From Lama glama (Eukaryota), in NCBI GenBank assembly GCA_028534125.1, contig CM052817.1, positions 105,030,001 to 105,094,000 on the forward strand: 64,000 nt of DNA. The letters run 5' to 3'. Position 1 is the first letter of the stretch; every line of letters begins with the position of its first letter. Shown here one piece after another: positions 15,273 through 30,975 of the stretch. Below the pieces are notes generated by a model that searched no databases, had not been told where the DNA came from, and worked only from the letters and a program-made list of their open reading frames with translations. Both the position numbers and the translations under genes were made by a program.

Positions 15273-15714
15273 CTTTGACTTCAACTTGTGATCCCTATTC
15301 CAAAATTCCTTAACCTCACTGAAGCCCCCACTTCAGTGAATGTACCATTTTTTAAATCTATTATCCATTTCATAATCTATTAACCCCTCAATGGCTGCAT
15401 ATCCTTCACCCAACCAGGATCCCATGGCCCGCCATGTAACAGCTCCGGGGTAAATATCCATAGCTCCATTGTTCCTCTGCCCTCTACCATCCACAGCTGG
15501 CTAAACCTTGCTCAGCCCAGTGATCTACATTATAATTGAGCTGAAGAAGCTAAGCCTTGACAGAAATATATCACAAAACTCACTGGACTCACTTAAAATT
15601 TATGGACAAAAATGAAAAGTGGATGTTCAACAAAGAAAGAGTATTTTACTTTACCCTGCTTGCAAATTCTTTTTCCTTTTCCCTAAAATGACTCTTTGAC
15701 ATCATGTCTTTGTT

Positions 15715-16628
15715 TTTTGGGGGCCACTATTACAGAACATCACACACTGGGTAGCTTATAGACAACAGAAATGTTTTTCTCACAGTTCTGGAGTCTGAAA
15801 GTTCAAGATCAGAATGTCGGCATGGTCAGGTGATGGCCCTCTTTCTGGTTGTAGACTCCTTGTCATAACTCACATGGTGGGAGTGTTAGAGCAGGCAGAA
15901 AGCTAGATATGAGCAGAGAGATGGAGCATGGGCCACATGGCAGGAAACCATACATCTTGTGAACAACAGGGGTCCTTGGGCAGACAGAGAAAAGCAGGAA
16001 CCTCCGGACTGATAAGAAACCACACATTTTGGGGTGACAAGTGTCCTGGAGGCAAACAAAGGTGGGAAAAGGCAAGAATCTCTGGTGTCCAAATGTAACC
16101 TTTTGCTCATTATGCCCTTGTTAAAATAATATAGCCTTGCAGATTAGAAGTACTCATCATGCACCAACACCATGATGCTTCCAATCCAGACTAAATAAGG
16201 ACAAAAATAACTCCTTCCCTCTGGAAGGTGGAACTGAGATGGAAATCAGGGAATACATAGGACCCCAAACTCCTCCCTCTCCAATGACTATTCTGCCCGT
16301 TACCTAATCTCCAACAGCAGGAGCTTTGTGCACACAGCCTGGGGGCTATTTACGCACGGTCATCAAATAGTTAAACTCTTCCATTTGGTTGGGGGGTTAG
16401 CATCTATATAACAGCTCAGAAAGTGCGCATCAGATACTATTATTTGGGTACCTCAGAGAGGAGCTATAGCAGAGGATATGGGGGAGGGGTCTGTCCCAGG
16501 AAGGACCCACAGGGTCCTGCTTCATTACATAATCACCTTCCAAAGGCTCCACTTTTTAAAACCATCACATTGACTTTAGGATTTCAACATATGAAATTTT
16601 AGGAGGGTCGCAAACATTTAGACTGTAA
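15715..16628 (-). mobile_element. MaLR (MLT1A-like) LTR split by two ERV1-type LTR pieces (15884-16297 +, 16298-16529 -)
   Basis: MLT1-like CAACAGAAATGTTTTTCTCACAGTTCTGGAG on the left and TAATCACCTTCCAAAGG...GGATTTCAACATATGAA on the right; inner pieces start TGTTAGAGCAGG (15884) and end ...CCTGCTTCATTACA (16529). Confidence 0.7.
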
Positions 16629-16649
16629 ATCACTACATAACTTCTTTCC

Positions 16650-17700
16650 TCAAGTTTCCTAAAATCTCCATATTCCTCAGTTTGAACCATTGTCTTTTTC
16701 ACATTTCACTAAAAATTAGTAACTAAAATCGTTAAGAAATGATCTCATCTTTCTACCACCAACTCCATCAAGCTATCTGCATTTGTACAAAATACTTTGT
16801 CCAGGATTGACCTAGCAGTGGAAGATTTCTTCCTTCTCCCCAAGGCCAATCCACATATGAGTAGATCCTACACATTATCAAGCTTTTCTAAGACTTTGAT
16901 CTTATCAAATATTTTCCATTTCTATTGGGTCATTCTAACCAACATACAAACATGCTGTAGTAGAAATATCTTTAAAACAATCTCCATTGAGCTCACATTT
17001 TCTTTCAGCTGCTACCCCAAAGTTTCTCTCCTTCTCGTAAGACTTAAACTCCTAGAAAAACTTGTCTAAGCTGCCTCTCTTTCCTCACTTCCAGAATTTT
17101 CTTTAAACCATTCTAATTCCTCTTTCATACTCACCAGGGGTTTGAATCAGGGTTAGTGTTGATGCATACTGATGTCAAAGCCAATGGTAACATATCTGTC
17201 TCAATCTATTGAATTTCAATAGCATTAGACATAGTTTGCCACAACTTCCTTGAGTACAATGTCTTCTCTGTACTTCCATCACTTTCAGTGTGTTGTTGTT
17301 ACTCGTAAATCACTAGGCTCTTTCTTTCTTGTCTCGTCTGCTGCTCTATAAGAACTCAAAATATTGGAGACACTTTGGGTTCTATCCTCAGCCTCTTCCA
17401 CTCGCCTTCCACCTCTGATCTCCTAAGTGACTGTAGTTTTGCTAGTCTTCTCTGAACTTCAGATTTACATATCCAATCACCTACATGATATTTCCATTTA
17501 GATGCATTATATCCTTCTCAATATAATATAGAAAAAAGTAACTGTGCATTTTCAAGTCACATTTCACTCCTCAAAAACTGTCCCATCTTCCTAAGTAGCA
17601 CTAATAATATCTTCTTCTTTTTAAAGGCAAAAGTGTAGAAGGCATCCTTGAGTTCTTTCTTGACCACCCAGATGCAATATCTAATTCAACAACAAAAACA
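16650..17700. mobile_element. Probable L2 remnant
   Basis: Pyrimidine-rich L2-like phrases (AGCATTAGACATAGTTTGCCAC, CATATCCAATCACCTAC..GATATTTCCATTTAGATG). Confidence 0.55.
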
Positions 17701-18624
17701 ACAAAAATCTATGAACTCTGAATATTTCATATCATATAAATGTATCCTCTTTAGAGTAGTTATTATTTGTGAAGTAGAAATAAACATTTGAGTCTTTTTA
17801 GAGAATCATGGCCATGGGCAGAATTCATCCCAAAGGGAAGAGTGTATAGAAGATCAAAAAGTCTTTATGTTGAATCATGAATAAATTTGATATACGAATC
17901 AATGTGGATAAATTAGTTATCAAGTAGAAAGAAGTGATAAAAGATGCAATAGGAAAATCAGAAGACTGAAGGATATGGAAAAATTCAAGAAATTAAGTGT
18001 GCTAGTGGTGTTGAATGCCTTTGAATAATCAAATAAGTAGAAGAATTTAAAATGTCAGTTGTATTTGAAGATATAGAAGCCTTTTAACTTTATCAAGAAG
18101 TGTCATAGTAGAGTTATACTGGTGGTGTTCCTGTTGAAATGTATTGAATAGGGGTCAGGAATCAGGAAGAGGCAACAACATATACGGAAAATGTTTTTGA
18201 GGGATTTGTATATGAAAGGAAGGCACATTCGACTAAGCACTAGGAAGATCTGTACAAGAGGTGAGATTTTTCTTTTTTTAATTAGAACAGAAACTTTTGC
18301 AAGAAGGTGGAGAAATATCAGACTGGAAGCAACAAGGGTTATGCTTACATATTTTCTAATGTTTCTGGCAAGAAAGAGAACAGACAACTGAGGTGACAGC
18401 AAACTGGTTTCCTCAGTGAGTAGTTTGGCTTCAGTGAGAGTGAGGAGAGAGGGAATCCTTCAGAGAAAATGAGGATATAACGGTTTTACTGATGACAAAG
18501 ATGTAGTTCTAAAGGACCAGAGGGAGAGAGGAAGAGGCATGCATGGAGGCTCAGGAGCATCCAGATGTTCCTGGAATGAGGGTATAATGGAAGATCAGCA
18601 GGAAGATAACCTATAAAAATATTT

Positions 18625-18936
18625 CAGAGATGGAGCACAAGAGATGTTTAGGGCAATGAAAGTACTCTGTATGACACTGTAGTGGTGGCCACATGTCATT
18701 ATGCATTTGTCAAAACCTGTAGAATGTACAACATCAAGAGTGAACTCTAATGTGAACTATGGACTTTGGTTAATAATAATGTGCCCATGTTGGCTCATCA
18801 ATTGTACCAAATATGCCACACTGATGAGGGATGATGAGGGTAGTGGAGTGTATATCTGTGGGTGGGGAGGGCTATGTGGAACTCTGTATTTTCTGCTCAA
18901 TTTTGCTATGAACCTGAAGATGCTCTAAAAAAAAAG
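18625..18936 (+). mobile_element. Old L1M 3'UTR
   Basis: CATTTGTCAAAACCTGTAGAATGTACAACA..GAGTGAACTCTAATGTGAACTATGGACTTTGG, A tail. Confidence 0.78.
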
Positions 18937-21348
18937 TGTATTAGTAAAGAAAAAGTTTAGAAGTCTCTTTAAGAAGTGCGGGCACTCTGCCTAAGATCCA
19001 GAGAGAATTTTGGCCGAAGGGGTGACTGACTCAGGAGCTGCAAAATCTATAGCCTACTGAAGCCTCCTACTCTGGCCACATGGAAATGTCAAGGTCTCTA
19101 ATCTTACACTATTTTTAGCTATACCAGCTTCAAATAAAGTAAAACTAAGTAAACAATATGAAGAAGGTCACATTTTATTTCGTGCTATTGTATACTTTTA
19201 AAAACAATTGTATTTTAAATAAAGCAATCTGTAAACATACATCTGAAAATAATTTTCTCATAGTAGTCATGTCTGTGACATTGGCTACTTGTTCCAACAT
19301 AGCTGATATATATATATATATATATATTTTTTTTTTTTTTCACTGAAATAAAATAATTTTGAAGGCATGTGATTTGATGGGGAAGGGCGGAAAAGTAAGA
19401 GACTGATTCCTGCCCCTCCCCCACCAAAAACAACAACAACAAAACGAACAACAAAAAAGACACAAGAGAAATTGTTTGAAATCTGACAAATATTCTAAAA
19501 TATACTTGAAATGAGCCAGTAAGCCAATTATCATGATCTCTATTATATAGAGAATTGAGGCTCACAACAGTTAAGAATGAATCAAACTCATAATTACTAA
19601 GTGATGAAGACTAATTTCGAGCTCATTTTTATGAGTTTTCTCCCAATGTACTTTTCTTCTATAGCACACTGCTTCTTCAACGAGGCTTGTATTATGAACC
19701 TGATTATAACCTTTGCTGAGGATAAAATTACAGCCATCGGAACATCTGCTGCTTCTTTTCTGTGGTACTAAGGTTTCTTTAAAGAGTTGGTAGCTGGAAT
19801 ACTAATTTCAACTCTGGCAATAATTAACCATCGGCAGTGATTTTCATAATGACATTGTCTAAGAAGTTGCTACAGAACTAGAGATATTTTTAGTTTAATT
19901 TTAAACAGAGAAGCCACTTCACTGTGATTTCCAAAATAAGTTTTTTTTTTGATGAGAATAAAAACGTTATTTTCAATTCATCTTTTTTTTTTTTTAACCA
20001 TGCCTAAGATCAGACTGACATGTATTTGATGTTTTCCTTGAGGTATGTTAGATCAGAGTAAGAAATAGGTTGTATTTTGCATAATTATTATAAAAACATT
20101 AGATAATATAAAGATGCAAAAGAAAGCGTTTTTTAAAATTATTGATTATCTATAATTCCACTGCCCAAAGTCAACATTAGTGTGTTTAACATTTTAGCAT
20201 ATTTCCTTGAGTTTTAAGACATTAATCTTTGCATGCATACAGTCTTTTCATAGGATTTGGGTGTCTACTCAGTACCAGACACCAATCTAAGCCTAGGCAC
20301 TGAACCTACACAATACACAAGGCAGCCAAGGCTCCTGTCTTCAATAAGCCACTCTCTCCTGCTCTCTTTGCCTCTGTCTCTCTCTCCTGAATACAAACTG
20401 ACATGAATATAAAGAGAGTATCTTTTTGTTTCTTAGACTTATACTTGGAATATTTCTCTAATTTTAAATAGTTCTTGTGCTGTATTACTGACCATGGACT
20501 GTTCAAACCATAACAGACCACTCCCCTACCATTAGAGATTCAAATCTCAGTTTATAGTATTGCATTATCAATGGAATTACTGAGTTTTTACATATTTTAT
20601 TAATTGCCTTCTGATCATTCAATGATGCTACTTTTATAAAATCTGAAAAATTAAAAAGATAGAACAAAAAGAGTTACTCATTCTACCATCTTTAAGTAAT
20701 TATTGTTTATTTTATGAGATTCCATCTCAGCTGTCAGTAAATTTGTTATAATCCCTTGCGCTATGTTTTTATTCTCTTACTTTAATTACAGTTGTATCTA
20801 ACACTTCTCATATTTATTTCTAAATTGATTTCTAAAATATCCAGTGGTTTTGAATACACATCTTAATAGCGCCTGAACTTGTGAGTTAACTCTTGCTTAT
20901 TGATTCACTTTTTGCATTTTCTTTATTTGCATTTCTTTGACCATTATAAAGGTGACTATTTTTCCATAATTTTACTAGCCATGGCCAATTTCTTTTCTCT
21001 ATGTGTGTGTATACAAATATATATGTATATATTCACATGTCTGCTTCCCTTTGTAGCAAAACTCTCTTGTTAATGAACATTGTACTTATTTTGTATATTT
21101 TTGCTTTTCCTTGAACCCTCTTCAAAAAGACAATTTATTTTCCCTATTGCTCCAATAAAATATCTCTTCTTAAGACAGCTGACGACATCCATGTTACCAG
21201 TTTTCACCACTGAGTTTTACGTTAGTTGTAAACTTTTCATATATGGCCTTTATGTTGTTGCAGTATATTTCCCCTATATCCACTTTGTTGAGAGTTTTTA
21301 TCATAAATGGGTATTGAATTTTTCAAATACCCCTATATCTATTGATCA

Positions 21349-21548
21349 TGTTTTATTTTCAAATTTTTTCGTCATTTTTTTTGTTTTTAAGCTTTTTTTT
21401 TTTACATTTCATATTTTTTAAATTTATTTTTTTATTCTTTTTGGATGGGAGGTAATTAGATTATTTATTTTAATGGAGGTACCAGGGATTGAACCCAGGA
21501 CCTTTTGCATGCTAGGCATGCGCTCTACCACTGAGCTATACCCTCCCC
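21349..21548 (-). mobile_element. tRNA-derived SINE (camelid Vic-1-like) inserted in L1
   Basis: Minus strand reads GGGGAGGGTATAGCTCAGTGGTAGAGCGCATG...GGTTCAATCCC (A and B boxes), A-rich tail, TSD CTATTGATCA (21339-21348, 21549-21558). Confidence 0.9.
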
Positions 21549-21782
21549 CTATTGATCAAAAGTTTTTAATCCTTCATTTTGTTTATGTGGTGCATCATAT
21601 TGATTGATTTGCAGTCCTGAGTCATCCTTACATCCCTGGAATAAATTCCACTTGATCATGGTACATGGTTCTTTTAATGTGTTGTCAAATTTGGTGTGCT
21701 AATATTTTCTTGAGGATTTTTGCATTCATGTTCAATGAGGGATATTTCCTCTTTGATTGATTGATTGACGGATGATTGATTT

Positions 21783-23661
<1,879 letters not shown>

Positions 23662-25934
23662 TGATTGATTTGTTGACCCCTTGGTTTTACAGTATCACGT
23701 TTATAGCCTCCATGTGTTTGTAGTTTTCCAGTTTTCCTCCTGTTGGGGGGTTTCTGTTTTATACCGCTGACTTTGGAAAAGTTGTTTAACATGATTTTGA
23801 TCTTAAATTTATTGAGACTTGCTTTGTGGCCTAGAATGTGATTTATCCTGGAGAATATATTCCTCGTATACTTGAAAACTCGTGTGTTTTGCTGTTTGAG
23901 AGTGTAATGTCCTTTATATAGCTATTAAGGTCATCTAAACTAAGGCCAGTGTGTCCTTATGTATTTTCTGTCGGGAAGATCTGCCTATTAATGTAAGTGA
24001 AACGTCAAAGTCCCCTGCTACTATCCTATTGCCTTGTTAATATCTTTCTTCGTGTCTGCTGACGTTTGTTTTGTGTATTTAGGTGCTCCTACGCCAAGTG
24101 CATACCTATTTATGTGTTACATCCTGTTGTTGGATGAATCCCTTTATCATTATGTAATACTGTTCTTTTTTTTGTTACCTTTTTTATTTTAAAGTATATT
24201 TTGTCCAAATATTTCTCCAGCTTTCTTTTCATTTGCATTTGAACAGAATGCATTTTTCTATCTCTTCACTTTCAAGGTGCATGTGTCTTTAGCTCTGATG
24301 TCTCTTGTGGGCAGCATATGTAGGTCTGATTTTTATCCATTCAGCCATCCCAGGTCTTTTGATTGGACCATTTAGTCCATTTATATTAAAATAAAACTAT
24401 CAATAGGCATGTGCTTTGTGTCATTTTGGTAAATGTTTTTTAGTTGTTTATGCAGTTCTTCTCTGTTCCTCTTGTCTTCTTTTGTTCTGTTCCCTTGAGA
24501 TTTAATGTCTGTCTTTAGAGTTGTGTTTGTATCTCTTTCTCTTTATTTTTTGTATATTCGTCACAGGTTTTAGCATGTGGTTACCATGAGGTTCATATAT
24601 AACAACCTATGTATCTAGCAGTTTGCTTTAAGTTGATGGTAACTTAAGTTCAAGTATATTCTGAAAGCAATATATTTTTACTGCATGTTCAGTCTTTATG
24701 TTTTTGGTGTCATATATCACATATTTTAATTTTGTGTATGCAATAATTTGCATATAGATGATTTTTATTACTTTTGTCTTTATCCTTTTAGTAGCTTTAT
24801 AGATAATTGATCAAGTCTCTTTACTACATGTTTGTCTTTACCAGTGAGATTTTATTTCATAATTTTCTTGTTTCTATTTAATTACTTTTTTTTTTTTTAA
24901 TTTAAAGAAGTACCTTTAACATTTCCTGTAAACCCAGTTTAGTGCTGATAAAATCCTTTAGCCTTTGATTGTCTGGGAAATTCAGAATCTATCCTTCAGT
25001 TCTAAATGATAATCTTGCTATAAAGTACATTTTTGACTATAAGTTTTTTCCTTTCAGTACTGTGAATATGCCCTGCAAGTCTTTTCCGGCATGTAAATTT
25101 TCTGCTAAAAAAATCAGCTAATATTCTTATGGGGATTTCCTTGTACATAACTAGTTGTTTTTCTCTTACTGCTTTTAGTTTCTCTCTTTAACTTTAGCCA
25201 CTTTAATTATAATGTGTCTTGGTCTCTTCGGGGTTTTTTCTTGTTTGGGACTCTGTGCTTCCTGAGTTTGGATGTTTCCTTCACTGGGTTAGTAAAGTTT
25301 TATCCATTATTTTTTCAAATATGTTGTCCCTGCCTCTCTTCTTTTTCTAGGATCCCTATAACACAAATGTTAGTATGCTTGATGTTGTCCCAGAAGGTCC
25401 TTAAGCTATTCTCTCTCTCTCTTTTTTTAATTCTTTCTTCTTATTGCTGTTCAGATTGGCTGATTTTCACTACCCTGTCTTCCAGATCACTGATCTGTTC
25501 TTCTTCATCCTCTAATGTGTCACTGAGTCCCTCTAGTCTATTTTTCATTTCAGTTATTGTATTCTTCAGTTCTGATTTTTCTTTTTTATATTTTCTATCT
25601 TGTTGAAATTCTCTTTGTGTTTATCCATTCTTCTCCCAAGTTGGGTGGGCAGCTTTATGACTAGTTCTTTGGATTTTTGTACCTACTAAATTACTTATGT
25701 TCATTTCTTTTAGTTCTTCTTCTGGGATTTTGTTTTGCACTTTCATTTGCAAGGCGTTTCTTTGTCTCTTCCTTTTTCCTAACTCTTGGTGTTTCTTTCT
25801 GGATCTTCTGATCTTTAAAAATGTCTTTATGTAGAATGTCTCCTGTAAGGTCCAGTGGCACAGTTCCCCCGGTCACCAGAGCCAGTTGCTCCATGGGTAT
25901 CCCCTTTGTGGGCTACTTGCATTCTCTTGATTTG

Positions 25935-26265
25935 GTTGGCCATGTTTGCTGCATGTGTGTATGTGAGCAGGGTTGGGCCCAGGATGACTGGATGTGAGGC
26001 CTGGCCATGACTGCTGTGGGCACACTGGTAGACAAGGCTGGATCAAGTCCTGTCTGGCTGTGTGGCTTTGCTGCAACTGCTGTGGACACCCTGGTGGGTG
26101 GGGCTGGTCCCTAGCTCAGCTGTCTAGGGAGCCTGGCTATGAATGCTGTGGGTGAACTGGTGGGTAGAGCTGGCCCACAGTTTAGGTGACTGAGAGGTTG
26201 GACCACATCTGGAGTGTGCACGTTGATGTGTGGGGCTGGCCTCCTACAGCAGAAGACACTTTGGA
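25935..26265. repeat. Degenerate 66-bp tandem array (about 5 units) in L1 5'UTR
   Basis: CTGCTGTGG-like anchors at 26011, 26077, 26143 and 26209 (exact 66 spacing), weaker at about 25946; GGCTGG motif recurs in phase. Confidence 0.8.
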
Positions 26266-26408
26266 TGGGCACTGGTGTTTATCAGGGTTGACTACCAAGT
26301 AGGGCAGGACTGGGGACACTTTGGAAGGTGCTGGTGCCTACCAGGGCCACCAGCTGAGTAGGGCCAGGCAGTGATCTGTTTTGAAGGGCAAAGTAGGGAA
26401 GATGGTTT

Positions 26409-26934
26409 TGTTACCAAGTCCAAGTCATCCTGCTCACTGAACCACAGGCCAGTCAATTGAGAGAGGAGGTGTTGGGAGAAGGAAAAGCAATTTTATTCAG
26501 AAAGCCAGCTGGAAGAGAAGATGGTGGACTAGTGTCCTAAAGAGCCATCTTGCCTGGGTTTGGATGCCAGATTATTTTATAGAACGAAGAAGGAGACATG
26601 AGCAGATAAAGTAAAAAAGGCAATAAGTTGTTACAACTATTTCCTGATTTTGGCCAGACTCCAGAGAGGATGTGTTAATTTCTTCTTTCCAGTAGCCATT
26701 CACAGGTGGGCCTGGTCAAGGTAGTTTACTGTGAGCTAAATAAAGGTATTTCAGCTTAATGCTCAGGCATGGTAGAAAGGGTTCTCAGGTATGAGTCATT
26801 ATGTATACTTTAAGCTATAGACAACATCCCTTTAGTGATTAACTTGTAACAAAAGCAATGGAATACAATACAATACAAAGGTTAAAGTAAAAGAAACAGA
26901 TCCTGTATAGAGTCAGATGTCATCTTTTCCATCA
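26409..26934 (-). mobile_element. ERV1-type solo LTR inside L1 5'UTR
   Basis: TGTTACC terminus at 26409; minus-strand AATAAA (26497-26492) and TATAAAA (about 26581-26575); interrupts the GC-rich L1 UTR. Right boundary and TSD not resolved. Confidence 0.75.
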
Positions 26935-27987
26935 TGATCTTGGTAGGGTGGGACTTCAGGGGAATGCTAGGGCAGGGCTGATGGAGATTAACAGAATGAT
27001 GTCTGCCAGCATCCGAGCCAGCTCAGTGGAAGGGGAGTAAAAGAAATGCTGTCCACCAGCATTCCTGTCCCTGGAGAAAGATCCCCCAGGTCAGTGCCCC
27101 TCTAACCAATGACCTAAAGTAGATCAATGTATCTCCTACATGTATGACTCAGGCACTTTTCAAGCTGCTGCCTCTGCACTAGGACTTGGAGCAAATAAGT
27201 CTGTGTGTAGGTCCTTCGAGAGTAGAGTCTTGGTTTCCCACAGCCCTGACTCTCCTGGATGTAAGCCCCACTGGCTTTCAAAGCCAGATATGATGGTGGC
27301 TTGTATTCCCAGTAGAGGACCCCTGGGCTGGGTTCACTTCTCTGGGGAGTCCTCCACAGTTGTGATGCCCTCCCACTTGTGGGTGGCTGCACCAGAATTC
27401 AAGATTCTGACTAGACCATGTTTCTGACCCTCCTACGCATCTCCATGTGGCTTTTTTCTTTACATCTTTAGCTGTAGAAAATCTGTTCTGCTAGTCTTCA
27501 GGTTGTCCTCAGAGACAATTGTTCTATATGTAGTTGTAGTTTTCATGTGTCCGTGGGAGGAGGTGAGCTCAGGATTTTCCTGCTCTGCCATCTTGGTCTC
27601 CACGTCCATATTATTTTTATGGTTTTCATGTGATATAGATATCCACCAGAGATTAATACAATGGCTCACAGATTTGGGTCTCAATTTTTTAGACAGAAAG
27701 TGACAACATTTTCCTCTGAGGAAAGGGTTTTTTGTATTATATGAGATGAAAGCAGAGTTTCACTGTTAATGTCATTTACAATGAATCTTAGGTTGCAATA
27801 AGTAGTCGAAAAGTGTTTAAGGATCTTGAGAAGCAAAAAGAGAATAGCAGACTCTTGCAATTGACAATGGGCATCAATTTCTACTGAATTCTGTGTTCCC
27901 TTGCTCTTCTTTTATAGGGTCTGGAATGCTAAATTTGCATATTCATGACTCCCTTGCCATTATGGTCTGGATGAATTTAAATTCTAC

Positions 27988-28480
27988 TGTGGAAATAAAT
28001 GAAGGGCAGCCAAATAAACCTGCTGTAGCAAGGGACTGACTCACTGTCACTTGCAAGCTGGCAGAGACTCAAAGGCAGGCAGAGGAGTGGAAAAGCTTTA
28101 TAGCAGAACAAAGGAAGGGTCAAGTGTGCCTGACTGGAGGCCACTGGCTGCCGAGAAGCAGAACGTCCCATGTGATTGGTTACAAGTGCGTTATTGACTT
28201 TCTCTAGGTTGAGAATGGGAATCAAAGTTAGAGAAGCTGTTAGTTATTAAGCAGGTCCTGGCCATTCGGCCTGATTGTCACAGGAATGATTGTTTAGCTT
28301 CCTGGATTGTCATAGAGATAGCAGTCTGACTTCTTCCCGATCTGACCTACAGTCAGAAGACTTTCTGTGCTGTTAACTATAGTGAGCTGTTGGGTTCCTG
28401 GGCGGGTTTCTGCAAGTTGCAGGTCAGAATTGTCTTTGTATATATGGCTTGGCCTTTGTCTGTTTATATTCAGTCTCTTA
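27988..28480 (-). mobile_element. ERV1-type solo LTR, 493 bp
   Basis: TG start, TA (mutated CA) end, 4-bp TSD CTAC (27984-27987, 28481-28484); minus-strand CCAAT and TATAAA. Confidence 0.8.
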
Positions 28481-28517
28481 CTACCAAATTAACCCCAAAT
28501 TAAATAGATCCTCACAA

Positions 28518-28684
28518 GTTTTTTTTTTTTTAATCTTTATGTCTCCTTTTATTTTTTATTTAGGTCTTTTCTTGGGGGTGGTATTTAGGTTTATTTATTT
28601 ATTTTTAGGGGAGGTACTGGGGATTGAACCCAGGACCCTGTGCATGCTAAGCATGCGCTCTACCACTTGAGCTATACCCTCCCC
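28518..28684 (-). mobile_element. tRNA-derived SINE (camelid Vic-1-like)
   Basis: Minus strand GGGGAGGGTATAGCTCAAGTGGTAGAGCGCATGCTTAGCATGCAC...GGTTCAATCCCCAGTACCTCC plus A-rich tail; same family as 21349-21548. Confidence 0.9.
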
Positions 28685-29229
28685 CGGCCAGAAAATAGAG
28701 GCAATTTTTCTCAGTAGTTGGAAAGTGGAATTTTTCAGATGTGGATTTTATAGTGGTTGGACACTAGCCCTATTATCCTATCACCAATTTTATAGAGCAG
28801 GGCAGCTGTAATTTCAACCACTGGCAGGGGCCAGAAGTTCTTGAATCTGGCTTACAGACACAGTGTTTTGCATTTATAAAATACACTACATTGAAAGGAA
28901 TAAAATGTATTTTAAAAGTAATAATGAAAGTCATCACAAATAAGAAGCGAACACTTATTATATATGTACACAGTACATATATAGAGAGATTTATCTATCT
29001 ACATATATCTCAAGAGAGAAACTTTATGTTCATAACTACAATAATAGTAACTGAAGGCAAATACATTTATGTGTTAGAGAAAAGTTGAAATCAATGGGAT
29101 GAATGGCTAAGAATATGGGAGCTACTTTTGAAGTACAAGTCCAAATGGATGGCTAAAGTGAGTTGTAAGGTCAACGCGGTCACCACTGACAGCTACCTTA
29201 TTGACCCATTAGAATGATAAATAACAAGA

Positions 29230-29745
29230 AGTTTCACCATAGCCAATATGGAAACAACCCAAATGCCCATCAACAGACAATTGGCTGAGGAAGATGTGGT
29301 ACATATATGCAATGGATTAGTACTCAGCCATAGAAAAGAATGAAATATTGCCATTTGCATCAACATGAAGGGACCTAGAGAATACTAAATGAAGTAAGTC
29401 AGACAGTGAAAGACATATTATATGATATCACTTATATGTGAAATCTAAAAATTAATACAAATGAATGTATATGCAAAACAGAGACAGACTCACAGAAAAC
29501 AAACTGGCCACCAAAGCAGAGAGGGAGAGGCGGGAAGGACAAATTAGAGGGACAGGATTAACAGACACAAACAACTATACATGAAATAGACAAGTGACAA
29601 GGACTTACTGTATAGAACAAGATTTCATATTCAATACTGTGTAAAAACCTACAATGGAATGCAATCAGAAAGAAATATAACTGAATCACTTTGCTGTACA
29701 CCTGAAATTAACACAACGTTGTAAATGAACTATAATTCAGTAAAA
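29230..29745 (+). mobile_element. L1 ORF2 end plus 3'UTR
   Basis: TGGAAACAACCCAAATGCCCATCAACAG...TACTCAGCCATA...TGCTGTACACCTGAAA. Confidence 0.88.
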
Positions 29746-30109
29746 CAATTTGAATTTCAACAGTTAATATTTTATAAAATCTATACAGTATAAATTATTT
29801 TTGTACTATAGGCCTGTTCTAAAGTGTGAACTTGTTCTATAGAACAGTGTTTAGAAGTTTCAGTTTTTCCATTATAAACAGCGTGCTGGCTCTAGGCATG
29901 TGCTCTTGTCCTTTGCTGCCACCGTGTGGTTATACAAAGAAATAATATAAAGAGTTTCATTTCGCTCACTTTTTTTTTTTTTAATTTTAATCATCAAGGG
30001 GAATTTAGAAAAGCAAATTTTTTAAAAAATTAAATGTTAGGTCACAATCCTAACGTGTAATTCTTAGAGCAAATAAAATAATGAGACAAATGTTTGTTAT
30101 GCTAAAATA

Positions 30110-30430
30110 CATACATGCAAAAATATATACCTATATTATATATAACGCACATATACAACATAGCTCTGTTTATATATCATATGTAATATATGATATATAA
30201 TCTATAACCTATCCTAATTTATATCTATATACCTGTTATATATAATGCACATATAAATAAATAACATAGCACTGTCTACATATAGTATATGATACATAAT
30301 ATTAACATATAACCTATCCAAATATATATCTCTATTTTTTATATAATGTATCTTATATATACATATATATTTGTACTTATATTTAATAGAGATATAGATG
30401 TTCAATATCTATGAGTATATGTCAATATAT
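30110..30430. repeat. AT-rich low-complexity (TA)n-derived tract
   Basis: Degenerate TA/TATA repeats; a similar tract lies at 44320-44510. Confidence 0.85.
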
Positions 30431-30975
30431 AGAGAGAAATCTACTTATTTGTTATTCATTGTTTATCAACAATTTTAATCTCTCTTGGTTTGTGAGGAAA
30501 AATCTGAGAAAATGGAGTTTAAGAGACACTATTCTTTACACTGGGGGTCACTGGCCCTCCTTTTCCCATCCTCAAGAATGAGCTATGGCTGTAAACCAGG
30601 ACAGAAGCCCTCCTTCTCCCTACCTCATCGCCCCCTCTCCAGCTGTCTTGCCTGCATATCAGATTCATTAGGAGACCAGAAATGCCCTTATACCTCCGAG
30701 CCATCAATATCAATATCAGTCATTTAAAAAATCATAAACCAGTTATTTTTTTTCCAAGAGTATGTTGGCTCTAACATCTTTGCTTGTAATCAGAGTGACT
30801 GTGGAATTCAGAATCTAAACTGGATGATTTTAAGTGAAAAGTTGTAGTACGAATAATCACAGCAAGACAACTGGTTTGAAAGCAGATTGCCCAGCTGCTA
30901 AAAATGTACCAACAAGCCGCCTAATGACACGCGAACCTACACTGTTACATACAAGGTGGGGGGGGGGGCTTCACG

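Noticed and set aside
21470..21548. tRNA gene (also 28610-28684)
   Set aside because: tRNA-like head followed by a SINE body and A-rich tail (TSD at the first copy): SINEs, not tRNAs.
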